64,000 nucleotides of DNA from Bacteroidota bacterium (GCA_023423715.1 JAFAFC010000035.1:752-64751), one strand, 5' to 3'. Shown: positions 18,826 to 28,979, numbered from the stretch's first letter. Translations and numbers: made by a program. The notes: generated by a model not told the origin, from the letters alone.

Positions 18826-20391
18826 TTAACGTGAAATCCAGTTTAAAGGATCCATTGGCGTTTGCCCTTGCCATACCTGGAAATCAAGGGTATTCGTTCC
18901 ATCATAGTCTTCTGCAATAGTCCCAATTGTTGCACCGGCAGCAATTTTTTGCCCCGGAGCGACACTTGTACTTTGAAGGTTAGAGTAGATGGTGAAATAC
19001 GTTCCGTGTCGTACAATAACGGTTTTGGTTCCGTCCGAAGAAGGAGCGATTCGTGTAACTTCTCCAGGGAAAACGCATTTTGCACGTGAACCTGGCGATA
19101 CAGAAATTTTAATTCCGATATTATCTTCCACAATATTTTTAAATACAGGATGCGGTTGTCTTCCGAAATAGTGCGTGATGTTTCCACGATCTACTGGGAA
19201 CCCAATTCGGCCTCTGTTTTCCGCAAAATTACTTCCTGAAGCGCTTCCGACACCAAAGTTGGTCATCGTTTTCGTTTCAGCTGCTTTTTTTGCATCTTCA
19301 TTTTTCTTCGATAATTCTGCTTCTGCTTTTCTCGCTTCCGCAGCTTTTGCTTCTGCTATTCGAGAACGATCTGCAGCTTCTTTCGCTTCTTTATCTGCAG
19401 CTACTTTTCTCGCCTCTTCTTTAGCTGATGCATCTGCTTTTGCAGCCTCTTCGGAACGTTTACGTGCATCTTCTATTTTCTTACGCTCGATATCTGCCAA
19501 TCGTTTTGCTTCGGCTTCGGCTTTTCTTTTTGCTTCTGCCAAAGCTTCCAATCGAGCTTTGTTTTCAGCATCAATACGTGCCTTTTCTTTTTCAGCAGCG
19601 ATTTTAGCAATTCGAATTCGTTCTGCTTCCGCTTTTCGTTCTGCTTCTGCTTTTGCCGCAGCAATTTTTATTTCTTCTGCAATAATCGCTCGAATTTGAC
19701 CTTCAAGTTTTTTTGATTCGGTCTGTTTTTGACGAATTTCAGCTGATAATTGTGCTTCATTTTTCTTAAATTCTTCCAATAAAACTTCTTTCTGCTTGCG
19801 TTCCGCCGAAATTGTTAAAAGTTCTGTTTTTTGATTGGAAAGAAGTTTGTCTTTATCTTTTACCGCATTTTGTCTTTGGGCAACCGTTTCTTGAATTTGC
19901 TTTGCAACGCCCATGATTTCAGCAGCTTTGCGATCTTGATAATCGGAATAACTTTTTAGATATTGAACTCTGCGGATGGCTTCTCCTAGGTTTTTAGCCG
20001 AAAGAATAAAGGTCACTTTGTTTTGCGCGCCTTTGTTTTTATATGCTTTGACTAAAACTTCGGAATAATTTTTACGAAGAACCGCCAATTCTCTTTGTTG
20101 ACGGTTGATTTCTAATTGTTTTAAATAGATATCGTCTTCAATTATTTTTTTCTCTTTTTGCGTGTTGGTATACACTTTTTCACGAAGCCCAATCTTTTTG
20201 TTCACTTCGTTTAGGTAAGCGATCGAGAGTTTTGCTTCGTTTTTAGTTTTCGCCAGATTTTGGTTGATTTCGGCAATTTGTTTTTTGATTGCAGCGTTTT
20301 GCTTCTGAAGGTCCTCTTTTTTTTGAGCTGTCTGCGCAGAGACGACCGTACAACATAAAATGCCGATGAAAAAACCTAACCTTTTTCTCAT
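18826..20391 (-). CDS. M23 (LytM-domain) peptidase / EnvC-like murein hydrolase activator with a long coiled coil
   Basis: 521 aa. It has a signal peptide, a coiled coil, a K/A/E-rich low-complexity insert, and a C-terminal LytM-like domain (GIKISVSPGS...GEVTRI...GTKTVIVRHG.YFTIYSNL). Confidence 0.8.
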   Translation of the reverse strand: MRKRLGFFIGILCCTVVSAQTAQKKEDLQKQNAAIKKQIAEINQNLAKTKNEAKLSIAYLNEVNKKIGLREKVYTNTQKEKKIIEDDIYLKQLEINRQQRELAVLRKNYSEVLVKAYKNKGAQNKVTFILSAKNLGEAIRRVQYLKSYSDYQDRKAAEIMGVAKQIQETVAQRQNAVKDKDKLLSNQKTELLTISAERKQKEVLLEEFKKNEAQLSAEIRQKQTESKKLEGQIRAIIAEEIKIAAAKAEAERKAEAERIRIAKIAAEKEKARIDAENKARLEALAEAKRKAEAEAKRLADIERKKIEDARKRSEEAAKADASAKEEARKVAADKEAKEAADRSRIAEAKAAEARKAEAELSKKNEDAKKAAETKTMTNFGVGSASGSNFAENRGRIGFPVDRGNITHYFGRQPHPVFKNIVEDNIGIKISVSPGSRAKCVFPGEVTRIAPSSDGTKTVIVRHGTYFTIYSNLQSTSVAPGQKIAAGATIGTIAEDYDGTNTLDFQVWQGQTPMDPLNWISR

Positions 20392-21185
20392 TTAATATCA
20401 GTTTTCGTGTAGTTTGACGGAACGGAATAAGGAGTATCCATCTTATTAAAGTCAAATTTCGTGTTTTCCATCAGAATTTGGCCGTTTTTTTCTCCTTTTA
20501 TAATTATTTTAACATTTTTCGGAAAGCGTGTTGTTCCCTGAGATTCCCATCCAGAATATTCCACAGTAAGTGTATTTCCTTTACTTGACGTTTCGTCTAC
20601 CTCGATTTTTTTCAAATCAAAATTGGTATCATAGTTCATCGCAATCGCATACGAAGTCGCTTTTCCATTCAAATCAATTCGTTGATCTTTTTTAGAAGTT
20701 AAAGAAAAACCTTGGCTGTTTGAATTGAATTCAAAATCTTTTTCATTCACAGGAATAAATGCACGACCCGTCAACAAGTTTTCCAATGATTTAAAATCGA
20801 TGAAATTTACATTCAACATCTTATTTAAATACGTGAAATCAGACTCAATGTACGTTTTATTTAATTTCTCGTAGCCTTTAATCCCGCTTGGAGTTGCAAT
20901 TCCACGTGCCATATTAATTAAAACAGCAATGTTCATCCAAACTTTTTTGTCTTGTTCAATATAGGTTGTTGCATCCAAAGTTGGAATTGTTTTTCCCACT
21001 TGAACATTCACTCTAGAATTGATTTTTACCTGATCAAAACGGCTGTTTTCTTGAATTTTTTTGAAGAAAGAATTCGCCGAAGTTCCGTTTGGTGCTTGGT
21101 AATCCACTGGAGGTTTTGTTACCTTTTGAGTGGTACAAGCTCCCATAAATGAGGCTAGTGTAAGTATTGCGATGATTTTTTTCAT
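20388..21185 (-). CDS. DUF4292-like (LolB-fold?) lipoprotein
   Basis: Lipobox FMGAC, 265 aa. Its stop overlaps the start of the M23 gene (ATGA). Confidence 0.55.
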   Translation of the reverse strand: MKKIIAILTLASFMGACTTQKVTKPPVDYQAPNGTSANSFFKKIQENSRFDQVKINSRVNVQVGKTIPTLDATTYIEQDKKVWMNIAVLINMARGIATPSGIKGYEKLNKTYIESDFTYLNKMLNVNFIDFKSLENLLTGRAFIPVNEKDFEFNSNSQGFSLTSKKDQRIDLNGKATSYAIAMNYDTNFDLKKIEVDETSSKGNTLTVEYSGWESQGTTRFPKNVKIIIKGEKNGQILMENTKFDFNKMDTPYSVPSNYTKTDIK

Positions 21186-21222
21186 TGAATCTAATTTAAA
21201 AAAAGCGGTACAATATTAAAGC

Positions 21223-21252
21223 CAAACCACACAATACGGCTTGTGTGGTTTG
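21223..21252 (-). terminator. Hairpin, probable terminator of the nucleotidyltransferase gene
   Basis: Perfect 12-bp stem CAAACCACACAA/TTGTGTGGTTTG with a 6-nt loop. The downstream tract on the minus strand is only moderately U-rich. Confidence 0.45.
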
Positions 21253-21273
21253 AAATTTTATGAGGTCTTAACT

Positions 21274-22290
21274 TTATTTTGAAAGAAAATCTAAAACTGA
21301 ATAATCTCCCAATGAAATCTCTCTCGCAACTCCGACATATTGGGCGTTGTTCCCAATCATTGAATTGCTAAGGTTTCCATGATTAATCACTGTTTTCTCC
21401 TGAATTAACGAGTTTTCAATATTCGAATTTTCTACAACCGTTCCGTTTCCTAGAGAAACGTGAGGTCCAACTTTTGAATTTGTAATCTTCACATTTTCAC
21501 CAATATAGCAAGGCGGAATGATCAAACTGTTTTCAATTGTAGCACTTGCTGGGAATTTTGACATTTCTTCGGTTTCGTAGGCTAGAATCTTCGCGTTGGT
21601 TTCCACCGTAGCGTTTTTGTTTCCGCAATCCATCCAGTCATCCACTTTTCCTAAAGAGAATTTTGCTCCCTTAGAACGAAGGTTTTCTAAAGCTGTTGTC
21701 AACTGATATTCACCGCTAACCATTATGTTATTCGACATAATATAGTTGATTTCGTCCATCAATTTTTCCGCAGATTGGAAATAGTAAATTCCAATAATCG
21801 CAAGATCCGAAACGAAGGTTTGAGGTTTTTCTACAAAATCCGTAATGAATCCATAGTCGTCTAATTTTACCACGCCAAAAGCAGAAGGATCCTCTACTTT
21901 TTTCACCCAAATAACACCATCAGAGTTTTTATCTAATACGAAATCAGCTCTAAAAAGCGTGTCCGCAAAAGCAATCACAACATCGCCTTGCATAGATTGT
22001 TCAGCACATTTAATCGCATGCGCTGTTCCAAGAGGCTCGTCTTGGGTATAAATACTTCCTTTTGCACCTAAGTTTTCAGCAATTTTAAGAAGAGAGGCTT
22101 CTACTTCAGGACCGAAATCCCCTATGATAAATGCGATTTCGTCGATGGTTTCCCCAGCAACTTTTGCAATATCTTCTACCAAACGCTGAACAATTGGTTT
22201 TCCAGCGATAGGAATTAACGGTTTTGGAACGGTAAGGGTATGTGGTCTCAATCTGGATCCGCGTCCAGCCATAGGAACTATGATTTTCAT
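21274..22290 (-). CDS. Sugar-phosphate nucleotidyltransferase with a C-terminal left-handed beta-helix
   Basis: The N-terminus MKIIVPMAGRGSRLRP...PKPLIPIAGKP is the NTP_transferase signature. The C-terminus has hexapeptide-like repeats. Confidence 0.8.
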   Translation of the reverse strand: MKIIVPMAGRGSRLRPHTLTVPKPLIPIAGKPIVQRLVEDIAKVAGETIDEIAFIIGDFGPEVEASLLKIAENLGAKGSIYTQDEPLGTAHAIKCAEQSMQGDVVIAFADTLFRADFVLDKNSDGVIWVKKVEDPSAFGVVKLDDYGFITDFVEKPQTFVSDLAIIGIYYFQSAEKLMDEINYIMSNNIMVSGEYQLTTALENLRSKGAKFSLGKVDDWMDCGNKNATVETNAKILAYETEEMSKFPASATIENSLIIPPCYIGENVKITNSKVGPHVSLGNGTVVENSNIENSLIQEKTVINHGNLSNSMIGNNAQYVGVAREISLGDYSVLDFLSK

Positions 22291-22380
22291 GTAATGTGTA
22301 TTGATTAATGTGTTAAAAATATGATGTTTTTATTAAAAAACAATTTAAATTTTTAATTAATATTTTGTTTTTGAGGACTG

Positions 22381-22388
22381 CAAATGTA
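22381..22388 (-). promoter_or_regulatory. Candidate -7 box TACATTTG (minus strand)
   Basis: Exact TAnnTTTG match about 90 nt upstream of the 22290 ATG, just after the flippase stop codon. Confidence 0.3.
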
Positions 22389-22400
22389 AGGAATATTCGT

Positions 22401-23819
22401 TTACTTTTTTACGATGGAAAGAAGTAGCTTTTTCTCACTATAGGCAATCATTCCTGCAAAGATTAGGAAAAGGATATTTCCGATCCATACGTTAGAATTG
22501 AATACCCAATATGAGACAAAACTGAAAACAATTAGTACCAGGATGTAGAAAGATATTTTCTTTGTTTTGTATGGGATAGGATAGTATTTCTGACCAAGGA
22601 AATAGGATAAAATCATCATGAAACCGTATGCAGCAAGAGTTGTCCATGCCGAAACCATTAAACCATATTTCGGAAGTAAAACGAGATTTAGAACGATGGT
22701 GATGATAGCACCAGTCCATGAAATATAGGTGCCAACACGTGTTCTATCAGTAACTTTATACCATGTAGAAAGGTTGTAGTAAATTCCAAAAAATAGATTT
22801 GCGAGGACGATAACTGGGACGATATCAATAGCTACCCAAAAGGATTTGTCTGGAACAAAAACGGTTTTTAACCAAGATACATTTGCAATAATACCTAATG
22901 CCGCAATAGAAGCAAAAAGACTAAAAAACTCTGTGACTTCAGCATAGCTTTGTTTGGCGTTTTCATCATGCATTTTTTTGAAGAAAAATGGTTCAACACC
23001 CATTCTATAAGCGGTTACAAACAACGTCATTAAAGCAGCAAGTTTGTAGCACCCTCCGTAAGCACCAGCATCACTTGCGCTAATCAATCCTTTTTGAACA
23101 AGTTTGTCAAAGTTTTCATTCACCATAAAGGCAAGTCCTGCAAACATAATAGGATAGGAATAACCCAACATTTTCTTGAATAATTCGCCCGAAAATTGGA
23201 ATTTCACTTTCATGAAAATTGGAATCAACAAGAGAACGCCAACTAAACTTCCGATGACATTACTCACAAATGTGTACGAAACTTCGGTTTCCATTCCGAA
23301 TTTTAAGGATGTTGATTTCGGAACAAACAAGAATAATGATAAAACAACAAGTGTTTGAACCAGAATTTGAGTGATACGAATCGCACTGTATTTAATGGGT
23401 TTGTTATGGAATCTCAGCCAAGCTAATGGGATAACAATAATGGCGTCAAAAAAAGCGATCCAAGCAAACCATTTTACGTATTCGGGGAATTCTCCGTAAC
23501 CAATTGCGTTAGAAATAGGTTGTAAGAATAGTAAAACACTAACTAGGAAAATTGTTGCTAGACCTGTTAAAAACCAAAACGAAGTATAAAATGCGTTGTC
23601 TCGATTTTTGTCTTCGGCTGAATATCTGAAGAAAGAGGTTTCAAACCCAAAAGAAAGAACGATGTTTACAAAAGAAACCCAAGCATAAAGATTGGTGAAT
23701 TTTGCAAACTCTTCCGTATTGATAAAATAGATGAAAAAAGGGTTCAAGATGAACGTAATTACTCTGGGAAGAATAGATCCCATTCCATAAATGATGGTTT
23801 CGTTGAGTAGTTTTTTCAA
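22401..23819 (-). CDS. Wzx/MurJ-superfamily oligosaccharide flippase (polysaccharide biosynthesis protein)
   Basis: About 12-14 TM helices. The proposed TTG start gives MKKLLNETIIYGMGSILPRV..., which resembles usual N-termini of this family. The ORF-track start at 23933 would abut the pyrC ATG. Confidence 0.7.
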   Translation of the reverse strand: MKKLLNETIIYGMGSILPRVITFILNPFFIYFINTEEFAKFTNLYAWVSFVNIVLSFGFETSFFRYSAEDKNRDNAFYTSFWFLTGLATIFLVSVLLFLQPISNAIGYGEFPEYVKWFAWIAFFDAIIVIPLAWLRFHNKPIKYSAIRITQILVQTLVVLSLFLFVPKSTSLKFGMETEVSYTFVSNVIGSLVGVLLLIPIFMKVKFQFSGELFKKMLGYSYPIMFAGLAFMVNENFDKLVQKGLISASDAGAYGGCYKLAALMTLFVTAYRMGVEPFFFKKMHDENAKQSYAEVTEFFSLFASIAALGIIANVSWLKTVFVPDKSFWVAIDIVPVIVLANLFFGIYYNLSTWYKVTDRTRVGTYISWTGAIITIVLNLVLLPKYGLMVSAWTTLAAYGFMMILSYFLGQKYYPIPYKTKKISFYILVLIVFSFVSYWVFNSNVWIGNILFLIFAGMIAYSEKKLLLSIVKK

Positions 23820-23836
23820 GTTTTCTAAATTTTTAG

Positions 23837-23844
23837 CAAATGTA
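23837..23844 (-). promoter_or_regulatory. Candidate -7 box TACATTTG (minus strand) for the flippase gene
   Basis: Exact TAnnTTTG match 17 nt upstream of the proposed TTG start at 23819. It lies inside the long ORF-track reading frame. Confidence 0.4.
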
Positions 23845-23932
23845 GAAGATTCTAGCCGAATGCAAAATTTTGAACGGTTTTTCCAACTTGAATTATGTAA
23901 ATTTACCAAGAAATAAATTCTAAAATCAAGCA

Positions 23933-25270
23933 ATGAAGATTCTCATTAAAAATGCAAAAGTGGTTAATGAAGGAACAATTCAGACTTTGGATGTTCTTTT
24001 GGAAGATACATTAATTCGTAAAATTTCCGAGTCGATTTCCGATGCGGAGGCAGATGAAGTTATTGATGCTTCGGGAAAATATTTACTTCCTGGTGTTATT
24101 GATGATCAGGTGCATTTTCGTGAGCCTGGACTTACGCACAAAGGTGATATTGCTTCCGAAAGTCGCGCCGCAATTGCTGGCGGGACGACTTCATTTATTG
24201 AGCAACCCAACACAGTTCCGAATGCAGTGACGCAAGAATTACTAGCGGATAAATATGAAATCGCTGCCGAAAAAGCTTTTGCGAATTACGGTTTTATGAT
24301 GGGCGGAACCAACGATAATTTGGAAGAAGTTTTGAAAACCAATCCACGAAATGTTCCGGGAATCAAATTGTTTTTAGGGTCGTCAACAGGAAATATGTTG
24401 GTGGATAACCCTGAAACATTGGAGAATATTTTTAGCAACACCAAAATGCTTATTTGCGTTCATTGCGAAGACGAAGCCACGATTCGAGCTAATACTGAAA
24501 AATATAAAGCGGAATATGGTGATGGCATTCCAGTAAAGTTCCATCATTTGATTCGTAGTGAAGAAGCATGTTATAAAAGTTCATCGAAAGCTGTGGAATT
24601 AGCTCAGAAAACAGGAGCGAGATTGCATATTTTCCATCTTTCAACAGCGAAGGAAACAGAGTTGTTCCGAAATGACATTCCGCTAAAAGATAAAAAAATT
24701 ACAGCTGAGGTTTGTGTCCATCATTTGACATTCACCAATGAAGATTACGAAACGAAAGGTTCATTAATCAAATGGAATCCTGCGGTGAAAACGCAAAAAG
24801 ATAAAGATGGTTTGTGGGAAGCACTTTTGGATGGCCGAATTGACGTTGTGGCGACGGATCATGCGCCACATACATGGGAAGAAAAACAAAATGTGTACAC
24901 AAGTTGTCCTTCTGGAGCGCCTTTAGTTCAGCATTCTTTGGTGGCGATGTTAGAAAATTATCACAACGGCAAAATTTCATTGGAAAAAATTGTTGAAAAA
25001 ATGGCTCATAATCCTGCAATTTTATTCCGAATTGAAAATCGTGGATTTATTCGTGAAGGGTATAAAGCCGATTTAGTTCTTGTTGATTTAGAATCGGATT
25101 GGACGTTAGAAAAAGATAATGTTCTTTACAAATGCGGATGGAGTCCGATGGAAGGCTTTAATTTTCATTCGAAAGTTGAAAAAACCTTTGTTAATGGGAA
25201 ACTAGTGTATGATAACGGACGTTTTTCGGAGGAGAAAGCGGCAGAACGTTTATTATTTATTGTTGACTAA
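23933..25270 (+). CDS. pyrC: Dihydroorotase (amidohydrolase superfamily, long form)
   Basis: 445 aa with the blocks PGVIDDQVHFREPG, VHCED and ATDHAPH typical of the dihydroorotase/allantoinase class. Confidence 0.8.
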   Translation: MKILIKNAKVVNEGTIQTLDVLLEDTLIRKISESISDAEADEVIDASGKYLLPGVIDDQVHFREPGLTHKGDIASESRAAIAGGTTSFIEQPNTVPNAVTQELLADKYEIAAEKAFANYGFMMGGTNDNLEEVLKTNPRNVPGIKLFLGSSTGNMLVDNPETLENIFSNTKMLICVHCEDEATIRANTEKYKAEYGDGIPVKFHHLIRSEEACYKSSSKAVELAQKTGARLHIFHLSTAKETELFRNDIPLKDKKITAEVCVHHLTFTNEDYETKGSLIKWNPAVKTQKDKDGLWEALLDGRIDVVATDHAPHTWEEKQNVYTSCPSGAPLVQHSLVAMLENYHNGKISLEKIVEKMAHNPAILFRIENRGFIREGYKADLVLVDLESDWTLEKDNVLYKCGWSPMEGFNFHSKVEKTFVNGKLVYDNGRFSEEKAAERLLFIVD

Positions 25271-25911
25271 TGTTTCGTAATTTTTTCTTCGTCCTTTTAG
25301 GGCTCGCTTTTATTGGAGATTTATATTTCATTATTGTAGGAAATCAAGAAAATCGACTTTTTACGAAATCATTACTGATGCCTCTTTTGTTTTTCGGCTA
25401 CTTTTTAGAGTCGAAAAAGCAAAATTTTAAAATCAACAAAATCTTCGGACTTGGTTTGGTTTTAAGCTTTTCAGGAGATTTTTTTCTTCTGTATAATTGG
25501 GGCTTTCTGGTAGGTTTAGGAAGTTTTCTTTTGGCGCACGTTTGTTATATTCTAGTATTCTGGAATTTGAAAATTTCCAATTTTGGGAACAAATTCGTAC
25601 TTCCAATTTTAATTTATCTCGTAGCTTTTATTTGGTATCTCTATCCACATCTAGGGGAAATGAAAATCCCCGTAATTTTATACGCCATAACGATTTCCAC
25701 GATGTTGTATGCGGCTTTAAATACCCATCGTAAATTATTGATTTTCGGAGCGTTATTTTTTGTAATTTCCGATTCGATTCTCGCTTATAATTTATTTATT
25801 GAAAAGAGTTTAGCAACAAACCTATTGGTCATGATTACCTATGTTGTTGCGCAAGTTCTTTTAGTTGCAGGAATGATTAATTATGGAATTAAAAATAAAA
25901 AAATAGCATAA
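25270..25911 (+). CDS. YhhN-family lysoplasmalogenase-like membrane protein
   Basis: 213 aa with about 7 TM helices and the blocks GDLYF... and FVISDSILA. Its ATG overlaps the pyrC TAA by 1 nt. Confidence 0.7.
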   Translation: MFRNFFFVLLGLAFIGDLYFIIVGNQENRLFTKSLLMPLLFFGYFLESKKQNFKINKIFGLGLVLSFSGDFFLLYNWGFLVGLGSFLLAHVCYILVFWNLKISNFGNKFVLPILIYLVAFIWYLYPHLGEMKIPVILYAITISTMLYAALNTHRKLLIFGALFFVISDSILAYNLFIEKSLATNLLVMITYVVAQVLLVAGMINYGIKNKKIA

Positions 25912-25963
25912 AGTGAAACTTTTTTTCATTTTTTGCGTCTAATTACACAAAATCGAAAATAAT

Positions 25964-28888
25964 ATGATTAGAAGAATTTCTACTGCCTTTTTAGTTGCAG
26001 CTTTAGCTTTTAACGCATACGGCCAGTCTTATGAATGGAAGGAAGCGAAAAGCGGTGGTTATACGTACAAATATGTTACGAATGACCCAACGGGAGCTCG
26101 TTTTTACACATTGAAAAACGGCTTAACGGTAATTTTAAGTCCAACCCCGAAAGATCCAAGAATTCAAGCTTATGTTGCTGTGAAAGCGGGAAGCAAGACG
26201 GATCCGGCTACCAATACAGGTTTAGCGCATTATTTAGAGCACATGTTGTTCAAAGGAACGGATAAATACGGTTCACTTGATTGGAACAAAGAAAAGCCTG
26301 AATTGGATAAAATTGATGCTTTATACGAGCAATACAATAAGTCCAAAGACGAAAACCAAAGAAAAGCAATTTATAAGAAAATTGACTCTGTTTCTGGTGT
26401 TGCTTCAAAATTTGCGATTGCAAATGAGTACGACAAAATGATGTCGGCGATGGGAGCTCAAGGAACGAATGCATGGACGTCTTTTGAAGAAACGGTTTAT
26501 ACAGACGATGTTCCTTCAAGTTCTATTGATAAATATTTAGCTGTTCAAGCGGAGCGTTTCAGAAATCCGATTCTACGTATTTTCCATACAGAGTTAGAAG
26601 CGGTTTACGAAGAGAAAAACAGAAGTTTGGATAGTGACGGTTCTAAAATTTTTGAGTCGTTGTTTGCTAATTTATTCTTGAATCACAACTACGGGAAACA
26701 AACAACAATCGGAACGATTGAACACTTGAAAAACCCTTCTTTAGTGGAGATTCGTAAGTATTTCAACAATTACTACGTTCCTAATAATATGGGCGTTGTG
26801 ATGTCGGGTGATTTCGATCCGGATAAAGTAATTGCGAAAATCGACAAAGATTTCTCATACATGAAATCGAAGCCGGTTTCTAAATACACATTCCAGGCAG
26901 AAACTCCTTTAACGAAACCTGTAGTTAAAGAAATTGTAGGTCCAGATGCGGAAAGTTTAACCATGGGATACAGACTTCCAGGTAACAAGGCGAAAGACGC
27001 TTTAATGGCGGACTTAGTTGGTTCTATTTTAACAAACGGAAAGGCCGGTTTACTTGACCTTAACTTGGTTAAAAAACAAAAATTACTGAGAGCTGGAGCA
27101 TTTACCTTTACGTTAATTGATCACGGAGTTCTTTATTTATCGGCTTCGCCAACGAATGGTCAGTCTTTAGAAGAAGTTCAGTCTTTGGTTTTAAATGAAA
27201 TCGAAAATTTGAAAAAAGGAAACTTCGATGATGATTTAATTCCATCTATTGTAAACAACATCAAGAAAGAAAAAATCCAAGGAACGGAATCGTATGGTTC
27301 TCGAGCATCGCAATTGGTAGGAGCTTTCACATCGGAATTGGATTGGAAAACTCAAGTTGCTTACGTAAATGATTTATCAAAAATAACCAAAGCAGATATC
27401 GTTGCTTTCGCAAACAAATACTTTGGAAACAACTACGTAGCAATTCTTAAAAGAAAAGGCGAAAACAAAGATTCTCAAAAAATCGAGAAACCAGCAATCA
27501 CACCTGTTGAAACCAATGCAGATAAGCAATCTGCTTTCGTGAAAATGGTAGATGATATGCCAAGTACGCCTTCGCAGCCTATTTTCTTGGATTATAATAA
27601 AGACATCCAAAAATCGAAATTAGGAAATGCGGAAGTTCTTTATGTTGAAAATAAGGACAACGATTTGTATCGATTGAGATACCGTTATAAAATCGGTTCT
27701 TTAAACGATCTTAAAATCCCTTTGGCGGCGCAGTATATTCAGTTCTTAGGGACAGATAAAAAATCTGCAGAAGATATTTCTAAAGAATTCTATAAAATTG
27801 CTTCAAGTTTTAATATTGGAACTGGAGAAGAGTATACTACGGTAACTATTGAAGGTCTTCAGGAAAATTTTGACAAAGCAGTAAAATTATATGAAGATCT
27901 AATCTTGAACGTTAAGCCAGACGATGCAGCATTGAAATCATATAAAGCAAGATTGACGAAGTCAAGAAAAGATGCAAAAGCGAACAAAGGAGCGATCTTG
28001 GGAGGTTTAACAAGTTATGCGCTTTATGGCCCGAATAACAAGTTCAACAATACACTTAAAGATGCAGAGCTAGAGGCAATAACATCTAAAGAGTTAGTTG
28101 ATAAAGTGAAGAACCTTAACAATTACGCACAAACGGTAATTTATTACGGTCCAGCAAAATTGAACGAGGTTACGGCTATGTTGAAACCTTTACATACGGT
28201 TCCTGGTCAATTTGCAACGCCATCTCCAGCAAAAGTATTTACGCAAACGCAGCAAACGAAAAACCAAGTTCTTTTCACAGATTACGACATGGTTCAGGCG
28301 GAGACAAGATGGTTGCGTAACACCAATCAGTATGATTCTAAAGAAACACCAATGGTTAATGTATTCAACAACTATTTCGGTGGTGGAATGGGATCTATCG
28401 TTTTCCAAACGATTCGTGAAAGTAAAGCTTTGGCATACAGCACGTATGGGTACTATATTCAACCAACTAAAAAAGACGATCGTTATTACATGATGGGATA
28501 TGTTGGTAGCCAAGCGGATAAATTCAACGATGCAACGACTGCGATGAATCAGTTGTTAACGACGATGCCGGAATTGACTAAAAACTTGACTTTAGCTAAA
28601 AATCAAGTGAAAAAAGATATCCAAACGGAGCGAATTACTCAAGATGGAATTATCTACAATTATTTGGCAGCGCAACAATTAGGTCTGAAAGACGATATCA
28701 GAAAGTCAATCTATCAAAATGTTGATTCGGTAACAATGGACGAGTTGAAAGGTTTCCACGGTAAATATTTTTCTGGAAAACCATATACGTACGCGATTGT
28801 AGCTTCTGAGAAGAAATTGCCAATGGCTGATATGCAAAAATTGGGTGAAGTGAAGAAAATTACTCTTGAAGAGTTATTCGGATACTAA
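25964..28888 (+). CDS. M16-family (pitrilysin/insulinase) zinc peptidase, double-length
   Basis: 974 aa with a signal peptide and the inverted zinc motif HYLEHMLF (HxxEH) followed by a downstream Glu region. Confidence 0.85.
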   Translation: MIRRISTAFLVAALAFNAYGQSYEWKEAKSGGYTYKYVTNDPTGARFYTLKNGLTVILSPTPKDPRIQAYVAVKAGSKTDPATNTGLAHYLEHMLFKGTDKYGSLDWNKEKPELDKIDALYEQYNKSKDENQRKAIYKKIDSVSGVASKFAIANEYDKMMSAMGAQGTNAWTSFEETVYTDDVPSSSIDKYLAVQAERFRNPILRIFHTELEAVYEEKNRSLDSDGSKIFESLFANLFLNHNYGKQTTIGTIEHLKNPSLVEIRKYFNNYYVPNNMGVVMSGDFDPDKVIAKIDKDFSYMKSKPVSKYTFQAETPLTKPVVKEIVGPDAESLTMGYRLPGNKAKDALMADLVGSILTNGKAGLLDLNLVKKQKLLRAGAFTFTLIDHGVLYLSASPTNGQSLEEVQSLVLNEIENLKKGNFDDDLIPSIVNNIKKEKIQGTESYGSRASQLVGAFTSELDWKTQVAYVNDLSKITKADIVAFANKYFGNNYVAILKRKGENKDSQKIEKPAITPVETNADKQSAFVKMVDDMPSTPSQPIFLDYNKDIQKSKLGNAEVLYVENKDNDLYRLRYRYKIGSLNDLKIPLAAQYIQFLGTDKKSAEDISKEFYKIASSFNIGTGEEYTTVTIEGLQENFDKAVKLYEDLILNVKPDDAALKSYKARLTKSRKDAKANKGAILGGLTSYALYGPNNKFNNTLKDAELEAITSKELVDKVKNLNNYAQTVIYYGPAKLNEVTAMLKPLHTVPGQFATPSPAKVFTQTQQTKNQVLFTDYDMVQAETRWLRNTNQYDSKETPMVNVFNNYFGGGMGSIVFQTIRESKALAYSTYGYYIQPTKKDDRYYMMGYVGSQADKFNDATTAMNQLLTTMPELTKNLTLAKNQVKKDIQTERITQDGIIYNYLAAQQLGLKDDIRKSIYQNVDSVTMDELKGFHGKYFSGKPYTYAIVASEKKLPMADMQKLGEVKKITLEELFGY

Positions 28889-28908
28889 TCCTAAATTAAT
28901 ACCAATAG

Positions 28909-28943
28909 AATCGGTCTCAAATTTTTGAGACCGATTTTTTTTT
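28909..28943 (+). terminator. Rho-independent terminator
   Basis: 13-bp stem AATCGGTCTCAAA/TTTGAGACCGATT followed by T9. Confidence 0.8.
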
Positions 28944-28956
28944 GATCTATTAAAAT

Positions 28957-28979
28957 AATCAATTGACTAACAATTGATT
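28957..28979. repeat. Perfect 9-bp inverted repeat AATCAATTG-N5-CAATTGATT
   Basis: Read directly from the sequence. It lies in the 433-bp non-coding region upstream of the adhesin-like gene. Confidence 0.8.

Noticed and set aside
19175-19699. 174-aa plus-strand ORF (Ala/Ser/Phe-rich), plus the 63-aa minus-strand alternative-frame ORF at 19473-19664
   Set aside because: The 174-aa ORF lies antisense to the K/A/E-rich repeat of the M23/EnvC-like gene, and the 63-aa ORF is a same-strand alternative frame within that repeat. Cryptic GCTTCTGC-type repeats keep alternative frames open. The composition is low-complexity and there is no promoter or start context.
23820-23933. The long version of the flippase ORF reaching the pyrC start codon
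   Set aside because: It starts with TTG directly abutting the divergent pyrC ATG and contains an exact -7 box. An internal TTG at 23819 fits better (see the flippase-start finding).
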